Shown here piece after piece: positions 1-14,247 of a DNA stretch of 64,000 nucleotides. The stretch covers positions 186,001 to 250,000 of the forward strand of contig OZ176058.1 of the NCBI GenBank assembly GCA_964247055.1. Reading direction: 5' to 3'. Origin of the DNA: Paragordius varius. Lineage: Eukaryota; Animalia; Nematomorpha. How positions within the stretch are numbered: the first letter of the stretch is position 1; every line of letters starts with the position of its first letter. The translations under genes and the position numbers were made by a program. Below the pieces are notes generated by a model. It saw nothing but the letters and a program-made list of their open reading frames with translations. It was not told where the DNA came from and ran no database searches.

Positions 1-323
1 ATAAATTTTTAATTTTTATAAAATATTAATTTTTATAAATTATATTTTTTTTAAAATCTATAAATTTTTATTTAAATTATTAAAAAATATATAATTTATA
101 AAAAAATTAAATATTTTTTATAAAAAATAAATTTTTTATTTAAATATATATATACTATTTATAAAAATTTTTAAAAATTTTAATTTTTATTTTTTTATAA
201 ATTTTATTTTTATAAAAAATTTTTTTATAAAATATTTTTATAAAAATTAAATTTATAATTTTTAATATAAAATTTTTAATTTTTATAAAAAAATTTAAAA
301 ATTTTAATAAAATATTTTTTTAG

Positions 324-3300
324 AGGAAGTACCCATTCCACCTGTATAATTGTAAATGAAAAAGGAAATCTTTTAATTGAAGAACCCGTTATTGGGCCCC
401 CCATTAATCCTTGGGTATAATTTAGTTTTAAAAAATAATTTTTTATAAAAATTAAATTTTTTTATAAAAATTAATAATTTTTTAAAATAAAAAATTAAAT
501 TTTTAAAAAATTAATAATTTTTTTAACATATTTTTTATATATATTATATTATAAAAATATTAAATTTTTTAAAAAAAATTTATAAAAATATATTAAATTT
601 TTAAAAATATTATTTTTTTAAATTTAATATAGTTTTTGAAAAAATTATAAATTTCATAAAAAAATTTTAAAAAAAATATTTTTTTAAAAAAAAAAAAATT
701 ATAAAAAATTAATATATTAAAATATTAATATTATAAAATAAATATAAAATTAGTATATAAAATTATTAAATATAAAATAATTTTAAATTTATTATATTTT
801 TAAAATATTTTGAATAAAAATAATTATGTTGAAAATATAAAATATTAATAAAAAATATTTTTTTTAATTATAATTTTTTTTAAAAAATTTTAAAATTTTT
901 TTTATATATTAATTTTTTTTATACTTTATATAATTTTTTTTTAAATATAATTGATTTTTTAAATATTTTGATTAAAAATAATTAATAAATATATTTTTTT
1001 ATTTTTTAAAAATCTAATAAGTATAATAATTTTTTGATGTTTTTGGAACTAAATTAAATATGAAAAAATAATTTAAAAAAAATTGATAATATTAAATTAA
1101 TTGAAAATTTTAAAAATTAAAAAATATTAACAATTTAAATCTAAAATTAAAAATGTTTTATAAAGAATAAAATAAAAATATTTTGAATAAGAATTAAAAT
1201 AATTTTTAAAATGTTCTTAAAAAAAATAATTAATAAAAATATATTATTTTTTAACTAATTCTATTTTAATTTTTTAGGAATAAAATATTTTTAATTATAT
1301 ATTAAATTATAAATTATTTTAACATTAATTTGTGTTTATTTATTTTTTTATTATTTATATATTTTTTTCTTTTTTTTTTATTTCTCTAAAGTTTTTTAAA
1401 TTTTTTTATTTAATATTTATTTACTTTTTTTGTTTTTTTTAGTTAAATTTTTTTTAAATTCATTCTTTATTTTTTAATAAATTTTAATTTTTTTTTAATT
1501 TATTTATATAAAATTAAATATAGTTATATTTTTAAATTATATATTTATAAAAATAATTTTATTTTATAAATTTTATAAAAATAATTTTTTTTTATAAAAA
1601 ATTAAATTTAAAATATTAATATGTTTAAATTATATTATATAATTTAAAAATTATAATTAATATTTTTAATTTTTTTTTATTTTTTTTTATTTTTTTAGTT
1701 ATATCCAAATGAAGAATTATGGGCAAATCAAGTGGAAAATATTTTAAAAGAAGCTTTAAAACAATTTATTTTACAAAATAAAAAAAGTAATTTTAATTTA
1801 TTTTTTAATTTTTTTAAAAATATTTAATAAAATAAAAATATTATTTTTTTAAGATTTATAATTATTTATTATAATATTTGGTAAAGTTTTATTGTTTATA
1901 AATTAAATTTTATAATATTAAAATTCATATTTTATTTAAAATTTATAATTATTTATTATATATTTTTGGATAAAAGTATTTATAATATTAAAATAATTTA
2001 TAAATTTTATTTTATTCTAAATTAATAATTATTTATTATAATTTTTGTAAAAAAAAATTTTTTTATATTAATCTTATATAATATTTTTTAAAAAATTATT
2101 TTTTTAATATTATTTATTTATGAAGTTTATATTTTTTATTTTTTTTAAAATAATATTTTTTAAAAAATTATTTTTAATATTTTTTATTTAAGTTATTATT
2201 TTAATTTTTTTAAATATTTTAATATTTTTTAAATAAAAGTAATTTTAATATATAAAAAAAGTTTTTAAATTTTTTTAATTTTAAAATAATGTTTTTCATT
2301 TTATACATCAATATTATTCGAGAATTATTAATTTTTAATTTTTATTGTAAAAGATTTAATTATTTCTTTATTAATTTTTAAAAAAAGTAAATTAAAGGTT
2401 TTATTAAAATTTTTTTTAAAATATATAAATTTTTTTTTTAAATTAATTTTTATAAATAATTTTATAATAATTTTATTAATTTTTTTAATTTTTATTAATA
2501 ATATTCTAGAAAATTCTGAAAAATTGCCCATTTTAGATGCCCTGGTATAACTAAATTTAATTTTTAATAAAAAAAATTTTTTCTTTTTTTTAATATTAAT
2601 TTCATATATTGAATATTTATTTTTTAATTTTATTTTTTTAATATTAATTTATTTATATATAAAAACTTATTTTTTGAAATTAATTTTATTATAAAAAATT
2701 AATTTTAATTTGAATAATTTCGGTTTTATAAATATATTAAAAAATTGATTTTAAATAATTATTGCTTTTAAAATAATAATTAAAATTTAATTAAATTATG
2801 CTTCTAAGAAAATTTTTTTTAAAAAATTAAAGAAAAATAAATATTTATATTATATATTTATCATTTATTTTTAAAATTTAATTTAAAAATAAATAATAAT
2901 TTTATTATATTTTTTTAATTTATCAAAAAATTATATTTAAAAAAAAATTAATTAATTATTTATATTTTTCTTTAAAAAAATTTAATTAATTTAAAATTTA
3001 ATTATATATTTGTTATGCATATTATATTTTTAATTTTAAATAATTAAAAAAATATAATTTTATAAAAAATATTATTTAAAAAAAAAAAAATTATATATTT
3101 AAATTATTATAATTTTAAAAAATTATTTAAATTTTTTTTTAATTTTATTTTATTTTTAGGGAATAAGTACAAGTGGATCAGAACAGGCAGAACACGTGAT
3201 CAGATTGAGTCAGCTGCTCGAGTCTAGACTCGGACCCAATCAAGTAAATACTCGATTTTTAATTTTTTTGAAAAAAAAATTTTTTTTAATAAAAAAATTA

Positions 3301-6300
3301 ATAATTAAATTAATATTTTTAATTATATTTTTGATATTTTTTGATAATATAAATATTTTTGATTTTTTTATTTAATAAATTTTTTTTTAAATATTTTAGA
3401 ATTTTTTTGATTTTTATTAAATAAAATAATTAAATTCTTAAAAATAAGTTTTTTAAATAAAAAATGAATTATTTAAATAAAATTAATAAATTTTAAACGA
3501 ATTTTATATAAGTTAAGTAAAACTTTTGAAAACAAAATTAAAATAAAATTTATATTATAGAAAAAAAAAATAAAAATGTTAAAAAAATATTTTAATTAAG
3601 TTTTTAAAAAAAATATATAATTAAAATCATAAAAAATAATAAAAATTTTGATTTATTTTTTTTAAAAAAATAAATATAAAATATTTTTTGAAACCACAAA
3701 ATATTTATAATTATTGAAATAATATATTACTTTTTTTATCTTGAATAAAAATAATTTTCAAATTTTAAATTTTAAAATATTTTAAAATTGTCTAAATAAA
3801 TTATTATTTTAATTTTCTATTTAAATAATTATTCTAAAAATATTTTAATAATTTATTTTAGAAAGATCAGTCTTTAGTACTTACACAAAAACTGGTGATT
3901 AACCACGACACAGATGGCGCAATTTTTACCGGTTCTAATAAAGGTGCTTAACAAATATAATTTAACATTTTTTAATATTTTTTTATATACCTTTTTATTT
4001 AATATTTTGTATATTTTTTTAGATTTTTAAATTATTTATTTTTTTAATTTATAAATTATTTATTTTAATTTTTCAAATTTTTTATATTTTATATTATTAA
4101 TTTTACTAATGTAATTTTTGTTTTTACATTTTTCTAAATAATAATTAAATTATAAATATTTTTAATGGTATAAATAAAATTTAAAAATCTAATTTAAAAT
4201 TTTTAAAATATTAAAAAAAAATTATATTTTAATAAATAAATTAAATAATAATAAATCTTATTTTTAAATAAAATTTAATTATCTTTTATTTAAATAATTT
4301 AATTTATATCCTTTTAAAAAATATCAGGTGGTATAGTATTGATTGCAGGGACAGGATCAGCTGCTCAGCTGTTTTATCCACCCGTGTCAATGAATGAATG
4401 CAAATCATGTGATAATGTCATCGATGCCATAAGGACAGAAAAACAGCTGTTAAGCATGTGTGATAAATTCCGTATTGGGGGTTGGGGTTATGCCCTTGGT
4501 GATGAAGGATCAGGTGAGTTTTATAAATTTTTAATAAATAAATTTTTTTTTTAAAAAAAAATATTTTCTAAAAAAATATTATTTTTATTTATTTGGAAAT
4601 AAAAATTTCAAAATAAATTATTAATTATTAAAATAATTAGTAATTGAAAAAATAAATTTAAAATTAATTATTTATTACTTTTTAAATATTTATTTTCGAT
4701 TTTATCATTGATAAATATTTTTTTTTGATATTAAAATTTTTAAACAATTAATTTTAACTTTTTTAAAAATGGAAAAAATTATTATTTAAAAAATATTATT
4801 ATTATTTATTTGGAAAAAAATATTATTTTTAGAAATTTGGAAAATACTTATTTATTAAAAAATAATATAAATTAAAATGAATTGACTTTTACTTTAAATT
4901 CACCCTAAAATAAAATAAATTTTTTTTAAGATTAGAAATTATTTATATTTTTATATATTTTTAAAAAATAAAAATTTTGTTTTAATAAAAATATAATTAT
5001 AAACTATGCCATAAAAATATATTTCAGATTAATATTGAGTTATATTAGTTCAAAAACACATTTTATATTTTTAGGGTGAAATTCGAATTGTAAATGGAAA
5101 TTGATTTTCAAAAATAAAATAAAAATATTATTGAAATTATTTTTTAAAAAATAATTTATTAAAAAATAAATTTAAAATTAAATAATCATTTTTTTAACAT
5201 TTATTTCTTTTTAAAATTTTATTTTTTATTCGAAAATCATATATTTTTTTTAAGTGAAAAATACAGTTTTAAAATATATATGTTTTTTAATTTTAATACA
5301 TTTATATATTATTGATTTAATAATCGTTAAAATATAATAATAAATAGCTTTTTATTAATTTTTAATAATTTTTATTTTATTTTTTTTTAAAATTTAATTT
5401 TAAAATTTTTTTTTATTTTTTTCATAGCTTATCACATTGCCTGGTCTGCTATAAAATACGTTTATGATTCTGAAGATGGCCTCCTTTTAACTTCACCGCA
5501 ATCAGCTGATTTAGATACGTCATATGTTAAGGAGCGCATATATACTTATTTTAAGGTAAAATATTATAAAATTTTTATACAGCTGTTTTATTTAATTTTT
5601 AGGAAATAATACTTTGTTAAATTGTAATATTTCGAATTATCAGCTGTTTTTATTTAATTTTTTAGTTTTATATAATTAAATATATTTATTAGTTTTATAT
5701 AATTAAATATATTATGAAATTAATTGTTTTTACTTATTTGTGATTAACATTAATTATTTAAAATTATTAATTATTCCTTTTATTTTATATTTGCAGTTTA
5801 AAACAATGAGTTATATTTAGAAAAGTGAAATTTAAAACAATAGTATGGTTGGTTTGTCTTTAAGAAAAAAAATTTGTCTTTTTTTATTTGTCCGTATATT
5901 TTCAATTTTTACTGTAAAATTGTATGATCAGCTGTTTATAAACTCAGCTGTTTTTGAATGAATGAATGTTTAATTTAGATGAATCATATGGATGGCACAT
6001 TGGCATATTTTAAATTTTGGATGTTTTTAACAATAAATGTAGATGCTTTTATAAAAAAAATTAGTTTTCCAATATATTAAATTAAAATCACCTGATTTTT
6101 TGTTTTTTAAAAAAACAAATTAGTTAAGTTTTTAATTTTATAATTACATATGATTTGGATGAAATAAAAAACTTAATTCCAGATGTATATTTTTGGATTA
6201 AACTTTACAAATTTATATTTTACTGATTTTAAATTTTGCAACTCAGCTGTTTTATGAATGAATGAATGTTTATTTTAGATGAATTATATGGATGGCACAT

Positions 6301-6665
6301 TGGCATATTTTATAAAAAGTTTGGATGTTTTTAACAATAAATGTAGATGCTTTTATAAAAAAATTTAGTTTTCCAATATATTTAATTAAAATCACCTGAT
6401 TTTTTCGTTTTTTCAAAAATAAATAGGCTTTTTACTTTTTTTGAAAAAACACATATGATTTGGATGAAATAATTAACTTAATTCCTTGAATTATAATAAT
6501 AATGTAAATATATATTTTACTGATTTTAAATTTTGCAACTCAGCTGTTTAATGAATAAATGAATGATTTCTTTAGATGAATCATATGGACGACATCTTGC
6601 CATACTTTTTATTATAATATGATTTTACTAAATCTTTGGCTATAAATAACTGTGTTTTAACATTA

Positions 6666-6697
<32 letters not shown>

Positions 6698-9125
6698 TTA
6701 CTTGGTAAAATTTAAAAAATATTTAATTAAAAAAATCAGCTGTTTATAACTCAGCTGTTTTTAAATGAATCAATGTTTATTTTAGATGATTTATATGGAG
6801 GATATATTGCCATACTTTTTTTTATAATATGATTTTACTAAATCTTTGGCTATAAATAACTCTTTTTAAAATTTATTATATACATTTTATTACTTGGTAA
6901 AATTTGGAATATATTTAATTTAAAAAATCAGCTGTTTATATCAAACTCAGCTGTTTTTGAATATGAATGCATGTTTATTTTAGATGAATCATATGGACGA
7001 TATGTTGCCATACTTTTTCTTATAATATGATTATACTAAAGCTTTTGGCTATAAATAACTCTTTTTTATAACATAATTTATTATATATATTTTTACTTGA
7101 TAAAATTTGGAAAATATTTAATTTAAATGATTAATCAGCTGTTTATATAAAACTCAGCTGTTTTATGAATGAATGTTTATTTTAGATGAATTATATGGAC
7201 TATATATCAGCAGTTTGATAAACCTCTATAAATAACTCTTTTTTAAACATTATTAATCATATATATATTTTTACTTGGTAAAATTTGGAAAATATTTAAT
7301 TTAAATGATTAATCAGCTGTTTATATAAAACTCAGCTGTTTTATGAATGAATGTTTATTTTAGATGAATTATATGGACTATATATCAGCAGTTTGATAAA
7401 CCTCTATAAATAACTCTTTTTTAAACATTATTAATTATATATATATATATATATATATTTACATGGTAAAATTTGAGAAATCTTAAATTTAAATAATCAG
7501 CTGTTTAATCACTATCAGCTGTTTTTACATGAAATGTTTATTTTAGATGAATCATATGGGACGATATTTTGCCATACTTATTATAATATTTTACTAAACC
7601 TTTTGGCTAAAAATAACTGTTTTTTAAACATTATTGATTGTATATATTTTTACTTGATAAAATTTGGAAAATATTTAATTTAAATGATTAATCAGCTGTT
7701 TATATAAAACTCAGCTGTTTTATGAATGAATGTTTATTTTAGATGAATCATATGGACGATATCTTGCCATACTTAAATAACTCTTTTTAAAATTTATTAT
7801 ATATATTTTATTACTTGATAAAATTTGTAAAATCTTTAATTTAAAAAATCAGCTGTTTAATCACTACCAGCTGTTTTTGAATGAATGAATGTTTATTTTA
7901 GATGAATTATATGGACTATATATCAGCAGTTTGATAAACCTTTGGCTATAAATAACTGTTTTTTAACATTATTAATTATATATATATTTTTACTTGATAA
8001 AATTTGGAAAATATTTAATGATTAATCAGCTGTTTATATAAAACTCAGCTGTTTTATGAATGTATTTTTATTTTAGATGATTTATATGGTAGATATCTTG
8101 CTATACTTTTTTTATAATATGATTTTACTAAACCTTTGGCTATAAATAACTGTTTTTTAAACATTATTAATTATATATATATATTTTTAATTGGTAAAAT
8201 TAAATTATTTAATTTAAAAATCAGATGTTTATAACTCAGCTGTTTTATGAATGAATGAATGTTTATTTTAGATGAATCATATGGACGACATCTTGCCGTA
8301 CTTTTATCAGCAGTTTGATAAACCTTTCATTGCCAAATTTTGTATGGAAATTGTTGAAGGTTTTTAATTTTTAAATTATTTTAAATAAAATTATTATTAT
8401 TTTTATTTTAAAAAAAATTAAAAAAAAAATTTTTTTAAATTAATTTTTTATATTTATTTGATTTTATTATATTTAATAATTTTTGATGTTTTTTTATATT
8501 TTTCATTTTTTTAAAATTGAATTTTTTTAGTAAAATTTTTTTTACTTATATAAAAAATAGGTTTGACTTTTTTATTTAAATTAATTATTATTTAAATTTT
8601 TTTTTATTTTTTATGAATATTATAAATAATGAAAATTAAGAAAATTATATGATATTTTTTATAAAGTTATTTTTAAAAAAATTTAATAAAATTTTTATAA
8701 CCTGAAATAATAATTATTTTTGTATAACAAAACAATAATCTGAAATTTTCATTATTTATTATTCGAATTTTATTTTATATTTTATAATTTTTTGTATTTA
8801 ATTATTTTGTTTTATTCTATAAAAATTAATTTAATTTTGTATTTTACTGTATTAAAAAGGCGCGCAAAAAGGCGACAGCTTATGCATTAAACTCCTGGAA
8901 ACAGCTGGTTTCGATTTGGGAAGGCATTTGGTGGCGCTTTTATCAAAGGCTGATTTAGTATAAAATTTTAATATTTTTATAATATTATTCAATTAAAAAG
9001 TAATTGAAGATTATTCTTAAAAATATTTATATATTTTTTTAAGATTTAAATTATTTTTTATATTTAGAAATGATTAAAATTTCTTTTTTTAAATTATTAT
9101 AATATTTTAGATAATTTTGTTAATA

Positions 9126-9162
<37 letters not shown>

Positions 9163-12100
9163 AATAATTGTTTTTTATATTTTTAGAAAATATTATTTTT
9201 TAAAGCAATTCAAAACATTTGTTAAATAAATATATATATATATATATAATAACTTAATATTAAATAAAAAATTTTAGTTAAACTTTATTTTTAATTTAAT
9301 TTAGACCAAATTTTTAAAAAATTAATATTAATTTTAATTTTTTTATAAAATATTATTTTTTAGAGAAATTTAAAATATCTATCAAAAAATTTTAATTTAA
9401 ATTTATTTTTTATTAATAATTTTATTTAAAAAATAAATTTTTGATTTAAAAATGTTTAATTAAAAAATTATGAATTTTGTTTTAAAAAAGACTAATTTTT
9501 AAAAGCCATTTTAAAATATTAAAAAAAAATTAGTTTTTTATATTGATTATTAAATTTTTATTTAGGATTATTTTAAAATAATTTATTTTGTTTAGAAAAA
9601 ATACTAATATATATAAAAAATTATTTAATAATTTTATTTTTAATATAAATATTAATTTTTAAAATATTTTATTTAAATATTTTATTAATTATTTTTATTT
9701 TTAATTTTTTAGAGCAAATTTAATGGTAGTATTCAAGTGGTTTGCGTGGGCGCCGTTTTTAAAAGTTGGAAATTCTTAAGAAATGGTATTTTTTTAAATT
9801 TTTATAATTTTTAAAAAAAAATTTAAAAAAAAAATTTATTAAAAACAGCTGTTTGATATATTTTTCTAATTTTTATTAACTTTTCAAAAAAAATTATTTA
9901 AAAGTTGGAAATTCCTTAAAAATGGTATTTTAAATTTTTATTAAAAAAAATTAATAAAAAATTAAAATTAAATAAAAACAGCTGTGCTTAAATATATTAA
10001 AAATTTTAATTTTTTTAATTTATTTAAAAAAAATATTTATTAAAAAGTTGGAAATTACTAAGAAATTGTATTTTTTTTATTTTTTTAAATTTTTAAATAA
10101 AATAATTTAAAAAAAATAAAATTTATTAAAAACAGCTGTGCTTAAATATATTAAAAATTTTAATTTTTTTAATTTATTTTAATTTAAATTATTTATTAAT
10201 AAAATTTATAAATAATTTGTTTGAATTTATTTTATCAATCATTTTTATTTAATATAAATTAGAATTTATTAAAAACAACTGTGCTTAAATATATTTAAAA
10301 AAATAAAATTTATTAAAAACAGCTGTGCTTAAATATTTTTTATATATAATAAAAATCATAATCTAATATATTTTTGTTTTTTTATCAATCTTTGTTTAAA
10401 AATATTATATATTAAAATAAAATATTTAAGTAATTTTTTTGAATTTATTTTAATGTTTTTTAAATCCTTTTTAAAAAAATAAAATTTATTAAAAACAGCT
10501 GTGCTCAAATATTTTTTTAAAAATTAATAAATAATTTGTATGAATTTATTTTATCAGTCACTTTTTTAAAAGATATGCAAAAAAATTATTAATAAAATTA
10601 AAAAATAATTTTTTTGAATTCATTTAAAAAAAATATAAATTTACCATGATTAATAAGTAATTATTTTTTAGTATAAATTTCAAAATAATGAAAAAATCAT
10701 TAGAAATTTCAGTTTATTAAAAAATTTAAAATAAATAATTTATAAAAAAAATGTAAAATATATTTCACAAAATATTTTTTCAGTTGACTAAAAAAATTAT
10801 TATAACAAAAAACAGCTGATTTTTATAATTTATTTCCAAAACAGTTGTTTGCTAAATATAAAATTAAAACAGCTGGTCTATAAATAAAATATTATTTTAA
10901 TAAACAGCTATTTGCTAAATTTTTACTAAAACAGCTGATCACGATTTTTTCAAACTATTCATTTTTATATAAATAATATTTTTATTTTACAGTTAAACTA
11001 AATTTTTACGGACAAAACGTGGAAAACTATAAAGTAGGATATATTAAGGATTAAAAAAGTAAGATTTTTATAAAAAAAACAAATTTTGTCTTTATATTTT
11101 TACGACGTTTTGTCCGTATAATTTCAATTTTTATTGTAAATTAATATTTTTTTATATCTTAAAATATTGAATTTATTATGTGAAAAATAACTAACAATTT
11201 TATATATTCTAAAATAGCTCTAAAAGTGAATTTTCTTAGAAATGGTAAATTTTTTTTTATAAAAATCTCATTAAAATGTATTTGGTTTTAAAATATAGAA
11301 TATTTTCTTAATTTTTAATTTATATATATTTTTATTATATTTGCAGGTTTTTTTGATTGCCTACGACTTCGCTTTGACATTAAAACATGTGATACATCCC
11401 AAAATATTTCTTCTTTAGAAAAGTCTGCAAAACTTCTAGAAAATTCTTCAAAAACTATTAGTTTAGAACCAAAAAATAGTACAGAAACTTTAAATTTTAC
11501 TAAAAATCCTTTAGAAACCTCGATTTTTCCAGAAAATACTTCTTCTATAGATAAGTCTCTAAAACTTTTAGAAAATTCTTCAAAAACTTTAAATTTAGAA
11601 CCAAAAAATTGTATAAAAGCTTTAAATTTAACACAAAATAGCTCAGAAACTATCATCAATTCTAATAATCTAGAAAATTCTCTGCAAGTCAACAATCCCT
11701 CTTTAAACCAACAAAAAACAGAAAATTTTCAAGATTTAAATGAAAAAATTGTAGGAATTAGTTTAGAAAACAGTTCAGAAAATTCCGATAAAAACTCTCA
11801 AAATTTTGAACAAAAACCCTTAGAAAAAAATTCTATAGAAATTCCAAAATTTCAAAATCCTAAAAGTTTAAAAAGTTCTGAAAATTCTATAGAAATTCCA
11901 AATTTTCAAGATTTAAGCCAAAAAAATACCCTAGAAACCTCTAAAATTACACAAAAATCCGAAAAAAAATCTTTAGAAAAGCAAAATCCTAAAAATTCTG
12001 AAAAAACCTCAGAAAATTGTTTAGAAATTCCAAATTCTGAAAATTTTGAAGAAAAACCCGAAAAAAATTTAGAAAATTTTGAAGATTTAAGTCAAACTAC

Positions 12101-12383
12101 TCTAAACAGTTCAGAAATCTTTAAAATACAAGATTCTGATAAAAACTGTTCGTTTAATACTAAAAATTCTGAAAAAACCTCAGAAAATTGTTTAGAAAAG
12201 CAAAATCCTAAAAATTTAGAAAGTTCTGAATTCAAAATATGCTTGGGTCATTTAAAACAAACAGCTGCTTTTGGGGCGTCTTATATTGCGGCCTTTACCC
12301 TTTTAAAGGGCCTTAAAATACCCCTCGAATATGAAAATATGTTGGATACCTTAGAAGAATTCTATTGTTTTACTGTGAAATAA
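324..12383 (+). CDS. NAGK: N-acetyl-D-glucosamine kinase, 5'-partial (first exon lies upstream of the window), 11 visible exons
   Basis: Exons 324-414, 1699-1786, 2510-2544, 3160-3243, 3862-3943, 4328-4513, 5428-5555, 8272-8359, 8860-8957, 9713-9785, 11347-12383 join in frame with GT-AG introns. Translation has the NAGK motif order: GSTHST, GISTSG, HDTDGAI, GGIVLIAGTGS, GGWGYALGDEGSAYHIA, AQKGD, LGRHLVA, VCVGAVFKSW, LGHLKQTAAFGAS. Stop TAA at 12381-12383. Confidence 0.93.
4880..5100. mobile_element. Degenerate MITE family B copy in NAGK intron
   Basis: aaattcaccct ... agggtgaaattcgaattgtaaatgg with the family interior; left end eroded. Confidence 0.7.
5920..8271 (+). repeat. Acceptor-side echo array of NAGK exon 8272-8359 (about 11 copies)
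   Basis: ctcagctgtttt..atgaatgtttattttag|atgaatcatatggac repeated every 155-300 bp. Confidence 0.92.
10988..11138. mobile_element. Short, internally deleted MITE family A copy in NAGK intron
   Basis: tacagt...tacggacaaaacg on the left; cgttttgtccgtataatttcaattttattgta on the right. Confidence 0.75.
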
Positions 12384-13082
12384 ATCGAAATTTATTAAAT
12401 TTTTGATAAATTTAGAAAAATTTTTTAAATAATTTTAAGGGAAATGAAAAAGAGTTTATAAAAAATTATAAAATGCCTAAATAATATTTTAAGAAAATTC
12501 CGAAAGAATTTTATGTATTTTGCTGAAAAAATTGACATTATTCCATAAATTTTGCAATAAATTTGTTCATTACTTTTTGAAATAAATCGAAATTTATTAA
12601 ATTTTTGATAAATTTTAATAATTTTAAGAGAGTTTAGAAGTTTATAAATGATACCTTAAGGGAATTTTGAAGGAATTTTGAAGAAATTTTATGAAATTTC
12701 GAAAGAATTTGCCAAAAAAGGAAAAAATTGACATTATTACATAAAAATTTGCAATAAATTTGTTGAATTCATTTTTTAGTGAAATAAATCGAAATTTATT
12801 AAATTTTTGATAAATTTTAATAATTTTAAGAGAGTTTAGAAGTTTATAAATGATATTTTAAGGGAATTTTGAAGGAATTTTACGAATTTTATATATTTTG
12901 CTAAAAAAATGGAAAAAATTGACATTATTACATAAAAATTTGCAATAAATTTGTTGAATTCATTACTTTTTATATATACCCTTTGATTATGAAAATATGT
13001 TGGATATATATTACAAAATTTTTACTATATTGTAAAATGAAATAAATTGAAATATATTAAATTTTTGATAAATTTCAAAAAA

Positions 13083-13331
13083 TACAGTAAAAATTAAAAA
13101 AGACCAAAACTTTTTATCTAAAAGACAAGCCCATATACATTTTCAAACCTAAATTAATCCTAATAAAACTATTTAATAATAAGCCAAATATATATAATTA
13201 ATTATTTTACCAATATATACATCTCAGTTTTATACTATTAAGATTTAAAAAGTATGGTTGGTGGTCTTTTAGAAAAAAAAATGTTTGTCTTTATATTTTG
13301 TTTTGTCCGTATAAATTTAATTTTTACTGTA
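13083..13331. mobile_element. MITE family A copy (TA|CAGT..ACTG|TA; long TIR containing TATACGGACAAAACG, AAAGACAAA and AAAAGACAACCCCATAC)
   Basis: Inverted termini tacagtaaaaatt ... aatttttactgta. CAGT ends with TA duplication are typical of Tc1/mariner/pogo-derived MITEs. Confidence 0.8.
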
Positions 13332-13429
13332 AATATTATAATTTAGCAAAATCATGCGTGAATTAACGAAATAAATTGCAATAAATTATATATATTTAAC
13401 TCTGTAATTTTTAAGCATCTATATTGAAC

Positions 13430-14211
13430 ATACAGAAAAAAATTGAAATTATATGGAAAAAACGTGGTATTAAAATAAAGACAAATAATTTTTTAAATCT
13501 TGATTTTTGAGATTTAAATTGATTAATTAATTAATTATGTATTTTACCATTATAATAAATATTTTATAAAAAAATAAAATTTTAAAAAGTATGGGGTGGT
13601 TTTTTGAAAAAAAAATTGTGTTTATATTGTTACGTTTTGTCCGGATAATATAACTTTTTTTTGTACATTTTAGAATAATTGAATTTAAAATAGCTCTGAT
13701 ATATAAAACTACCTACCCTCTAAAGAAAATTAAATTTTAAATTGTTTTTATAAAAAATTCGAGAAAAGCTAAAAATACTAAAAAGTTAAATGTAATTGTA
13801 ACTATAATTAGATTATAGCAAAAATTGAAAATATACGGACAAAACTTAGAATATAAAGACAAATATTTTTTTTTCTAAAAGACAACCCCATTTAAATTAT
13901 GATTTTTTTAAATATAACTCATATTGTTTTAAAATGCAAATTATATAAAATAGAGATGTATATTGGTAACATAATCATTTATATATTTTAGTAAATAATT
14001 GTATTATATTATTCCGTTTTGTCGAATTTTAATATTTGCATATATTATTCAATTTTTAACAATTCTTTATCTATAAAAAAGTAATAGGACATCTATTTAA
14101 GAATAAGTTTAATCTCATTTTTAAATATGTACTTTGAAAGATTATGCAAAATATTAAGGGTCAAATTTTCGCTACAGATATCACACCAAGCTTACACAGT
14201 AAGAATTGATG

Positions 14212-14247
<36 letters not shown>

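Noticed and set aside
11315-11695. 126-aa minus-strand ORF
   Set aside because: Antisense shadow of the NAGK terminal exon.
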